Assembly: GCF_009914755.1 (NCBI RefSeq) | Contig: NC_060940.1 | Origin: the human T2T-CHM13v2.0 reference genome, Homo sapiens | Length of the DNA: 64,000 bases | Reading direction: 5' to 3' (one strand) | Shown here: positions 60,388 to 64,000 of the stretch, one piece after another | Numbering within the stretch: position 1 is the first letter of the stretch | Layout: each line of letters starts with the position of its first letter | Program-made: the position numbers and the translations under genes | The notes under the pieces: model-generated | The model's database searches: none | Told to the model about the DNA's origin: nothing | What the model saw: only the letters and a program-made list of their open reading frames with translations

Positions 60388-60818
60388 CTTTTGCTCTTAA
60401 ATGGATCTTCAGTTCTATTCTATGCATCATTTCAAGCTTTGTGGTTTGGTCTTTCATATTTCACTTCAACTTTGTCATCACTTCACTTTTGTTCTTCACA
60501 AGTCGCCAGGTAGCTACAAGCTAATGAAGACTCAGAAGAAACGTCCCTGTGATGACCATCTTCACAATGACTGCTTCTAAACAACTCAAAGTCAGGAACA
60601 AGAATGGGCCCAGTATCTCTGATCCCAAGCAGCCAAACGTCAAAAGATATCTGTGTAGCACAGGAAGATAGACAACAAACCTCGAATGTCAAAGATAATC
60701 TACAATTCACTGCTCCAAATTGCGACGGCTGAATTAAGATTGGAGCTTGTTTTAGGTCTGAGTTAGTAAACAACACACTGCAGATAGCTTAACCTGAGCA
60801 TCTCAGTGGTTTATTATT
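60388..60818 (-). pseudogene. Pseudo-exon B (second ubiquitin-like domain)
   Basis: Pyrimidine tract tttatcttttcttacAA (AG mutated); starts NNKP (ANKUB1 EDKP). Track ORF 60483-60776 LTFEVCCLSSCATQISFDVWLLGIRDTGPILVPD..CEDGHHRDV aligns to [45 protein letters not shown]. Candidate donor AG|GTGTGA. Confidence 0.65.
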
Positions 60819-60889
60819 TTGTAAGAAAAGATAAATAAACCTTCACATGCCAGAAGAACAGTGTAAAGGTCATATTAAAAGGATGGAAA

Positions 60890-61177
<288 letters not shown>

Positions 61178-61528
61178 AGGATGGAAAATGCCTTGAACCT
61201 GTGCTCCCCTATCCTGCAACCACGGCAGTTATCACTAACTGATCATGGCTCAGCCTCAGAATTCTCAACACAGAACTCCAGGTAGCCAGTAGTAGTGGAC
61301 TTGAGTTGAAACCTACTTGATGACCCTCATCTGGGATGATCCTCCCATTTTACAGATCAGAACCTCTAGTCATTTAAGATTAAATACATGGCCCAAGGTC
61401 ATAGAACATATCAAAAGAAGAGCCAGAATCCCAAACCTTTGATTTTCTATTACTCTTTTCTATACTGTGCCACCCTAAACCTGAATAAAACATGAATTAA
61501 AAGTTGCCTTATGAGAATTAAAAATAAA

Positions 61529-61843
61529 GGCTGGGTGCAGTGGCTCATGCCTGTAATCCCAACACTTTGGGAGGCTGAGGCGGGCAGATCATCTGAGGTC
61601 AGGAATTTGAGACCAGCCTGACCAACATGGTGAAATCCCAACTCTACTAAAAATAAAAAAATAAAAATAAAAATAAATTAGCTGGGTGTGATGCCACATG
61701 CCTGTAATCCCAGCTACTCAGGAGGCTGAGGCAGGAAAATCACTTGAACCTGGGAGGCGGAGTTTGCAGTCAGCCAAGATTGTGCCACTGCACTCCAGCC
61801 TGGGTGACAGAGTAAAACTGCGTCAAAAAAAAAAAAAAAAAAA
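61529..61843 (+). mobile_element. Alu (S-type)
   Basis: Full dimer. Confidence 0.95.
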
Positions 61844-62290
61844 ATGCTTTTTTCAACTGCCTTTCCTATTTAGTCACAGTAGATATAGAGATGGAATCTG
61901 AGTTTTCCCAGACAAAAAGTGGCAAAACTGAGGTCATTTCAGGCACTCTACTTGGACATTTTCAAGAACTAGAGAATCCCTGATGTGCTGTAATCAATTC
62001 AGAAGGTAGCATTAAGTCCCACAAAAAGTCATCATCAAGTACGACAAGATCCTTTGAGCAACAGCTGTATAACCTATTTCCCTCCAGAACTCGTCCTAGA
62101 GACTTACATGGAGAAGGTGCTCAAAAATAAACCTCAGATGGAAATTAGTGTCTGGGCCCATATTAATATGATTTAATAGTGAGCTATAAAAAATAATTAA
62201 AATTTGCCAGCATGTTCCTGTCCCTTATTGCTTATCTAATTGCCCTTGGAATCTACAAGTGGAGTCTGGTCTTAAAAAGCTCTTATCTAG

Positions 62291-62569
62291 GCCGGGCGCG
62301 GTGGCTCACGCCTGTAATCCCAGCACTTTGGGAGGCCGAGGTCGGCGGATCACGAGGTCAGCAGATCGAGACCATCCTGGCTAACACGGTGAAACCCCGT
62401 CTCTACTAAAAATACAAAAAAGTAGCCGGGCGAGGTGGCGGGCGCCTGTAGTCCCAGCTACTCGGGAGGCTGAGGCAGGAGAATGGCGTGAACCCCAGGG
62501 GGCGGAGCCTGCAGTGAGCCGAGATTGCTCCACTGCACTCCAGCCTGGGCGACAGCGAGACTCCGTCTC

Positions 62570-62597
<28 letters not shown>
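62291..62597 (+). mobile_element. Young AluY (AluYe-like)
   Basis: CpGs nearly all intact; pure A tail; TSD aaaaagctcttatct; variants gggcgaggtgg, ggagcctgcag, gacagcgagact. Confidence 0.9.
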
Positions 62598-62600
<3 letters not shown>

Positions 62601-62978
62601 CTTATCTCGGTAAAGTATTTGTAAGAGGAAAGCGATGGGAACCAGGAGACGGGAGAGACTAAGATTTAGTCAAAGCCAAAGGTATTCTGTATGACACTAG
62701 AGCTAAGAGAACCTCTAAGAGAGATAATTTAAAAATTCTGATGGCAAATTAAAAATCCAGAGAATTTAGAATCGAGAGACCAGGAGACCAGTTAAGGACT
62801 ATGATGGCAATCCCTATGAGAGATGATATACAGCCTGAACTAATAAGTCAGTGACAGTGGGAAGAACTTCCGGCATGGGGAAACTAATATGAAATCTATT
62901 GCTGGGGTAGAATCCACAGAATATGGCAACAGTAATGGAGGGAGATTGAGGAGCTGAATAAGACAATAAAGGAAAGTG

Positions 62979-63313
<335 letters not shown>

Positions 63314-63450
63314 TCATTAGACTGGTAGCCAGCTGTGGGCTCGGCGTATGGCTGCCCCCATCACGTCAGCACAGCCTACAGACTTCAGCTGGTTGAGTCA
63401 TAACCCTGGCTTCTTGGAACTATGTCTTTACTACTGATCATTTCTAGATT

Positions 63451-63504
63451 GTGGGCAGGGCTGGGGAGGGTTGGGTGGGCAGGGCTGGGGAGGGTTGGGT
63501 GGGC
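63451..63504 (+). repeat. G-rich 24-bp tandem duplication (G-quadruplex motif)
   Basis: gtgggcagggctggggagggttgg x2 plus gtgggc. Confidence 0.9.
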
Positions 63505-63579
63505 TGCCTCCAGTACCACTGGAGGGTTTCACTGGGTCTGTTTTCCTATGACCAGCTTGCCACAAGTAATGCATATTGC

Positions 63580-63657
63580 CTCGGAAAGCAGGCCACAGTC
63601 CTCAGAAGTGGATGCTGACATCACAAAGCTCCATCCGTCTCCAGGTTCCTCATCCAC
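63580..63657 (-). pseudogene. Pseudo-exon A (end of first ubiquitin-like domain)
   Basis: Acceptor ctgacattttcag|G; donor AG|GCAATA. With two frameshifts it reads [21 protein letters not shown] vs ANKUB1 [24 protein letters not shown]. Confidence 0.65.
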
Positions 63658-63844
63658 CTGAAAATGTCAGACAGGAAGGACTTGGAAAAACAGGATGACA
63701 AGGACCCAATCAGATGCCTTCAAAGAAAATCAGTTAAATCAGCAGCCTCATTGTTCACTGAAAATACTTTATTCCTTCATATTCTTAATCAAAACTATTC
63801 AGAGCATGGTTCTGCATGGAAAGGGCTTGGAATTCACCACTCCA

Positions 63845-64000
63845 GGCCAGGCGTGGTGGCTGATGCCTGTAATCCCGCACTTTGGGAGCCCGAGGCAGGT
63901 GGATTACTTGAGGTCAGGAGTTCAAGACCAGCCTGGCCAACATGGTGAAACCCCATCTCTACTAAAATTACAAAACTTAGCCAGGCATGGTGGTGGGTGC
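63845..64000 (+). mobile_element. Alu, runs off window end
   Basis: Left arm and linker. Confidence 0.95.

Overview
Hominoid genomic DNA (AluY- and L1PA2-type inserts; human or great ape), dense in interspersed repeats: about 27 Alu copies or fragments, MIR, L2, old L1, MaLR/ERV solo LTRs and hAT/Tigger MERs. I can support no intact protein-coding gene, and most long ORFs in the track are Alu, L1 or simple-repeat artefacts. The main discovery is a heavily disabled, intron-containing gene relic on the minus strand (about 63.7 kb down to 47.4 kb, possibly 40.9 kb). Its exons fall in gaps of the repeat map and, after allowing for stops and frameshifts, align in order with the ubiquitin-like, ankyrin and C-terminal motifs of ANKUB1, so it looks like an unprocessed pseudogene of an ANKUB1-like paralog whose 5' exons lie beyond the window. 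The ANKUB1 comparison uses my recollection of that protein and needs tBLASTn/HMM confirmation. The window also has five short templated insertions copied from 1-14 kb away, an Alu and a twin-primed L1PA2 stacked on one target site (three TSD copies), and a 200-bp AT-rich palindrome. Repeat subfamily names and boundaries were assigned by eye and are approximate.
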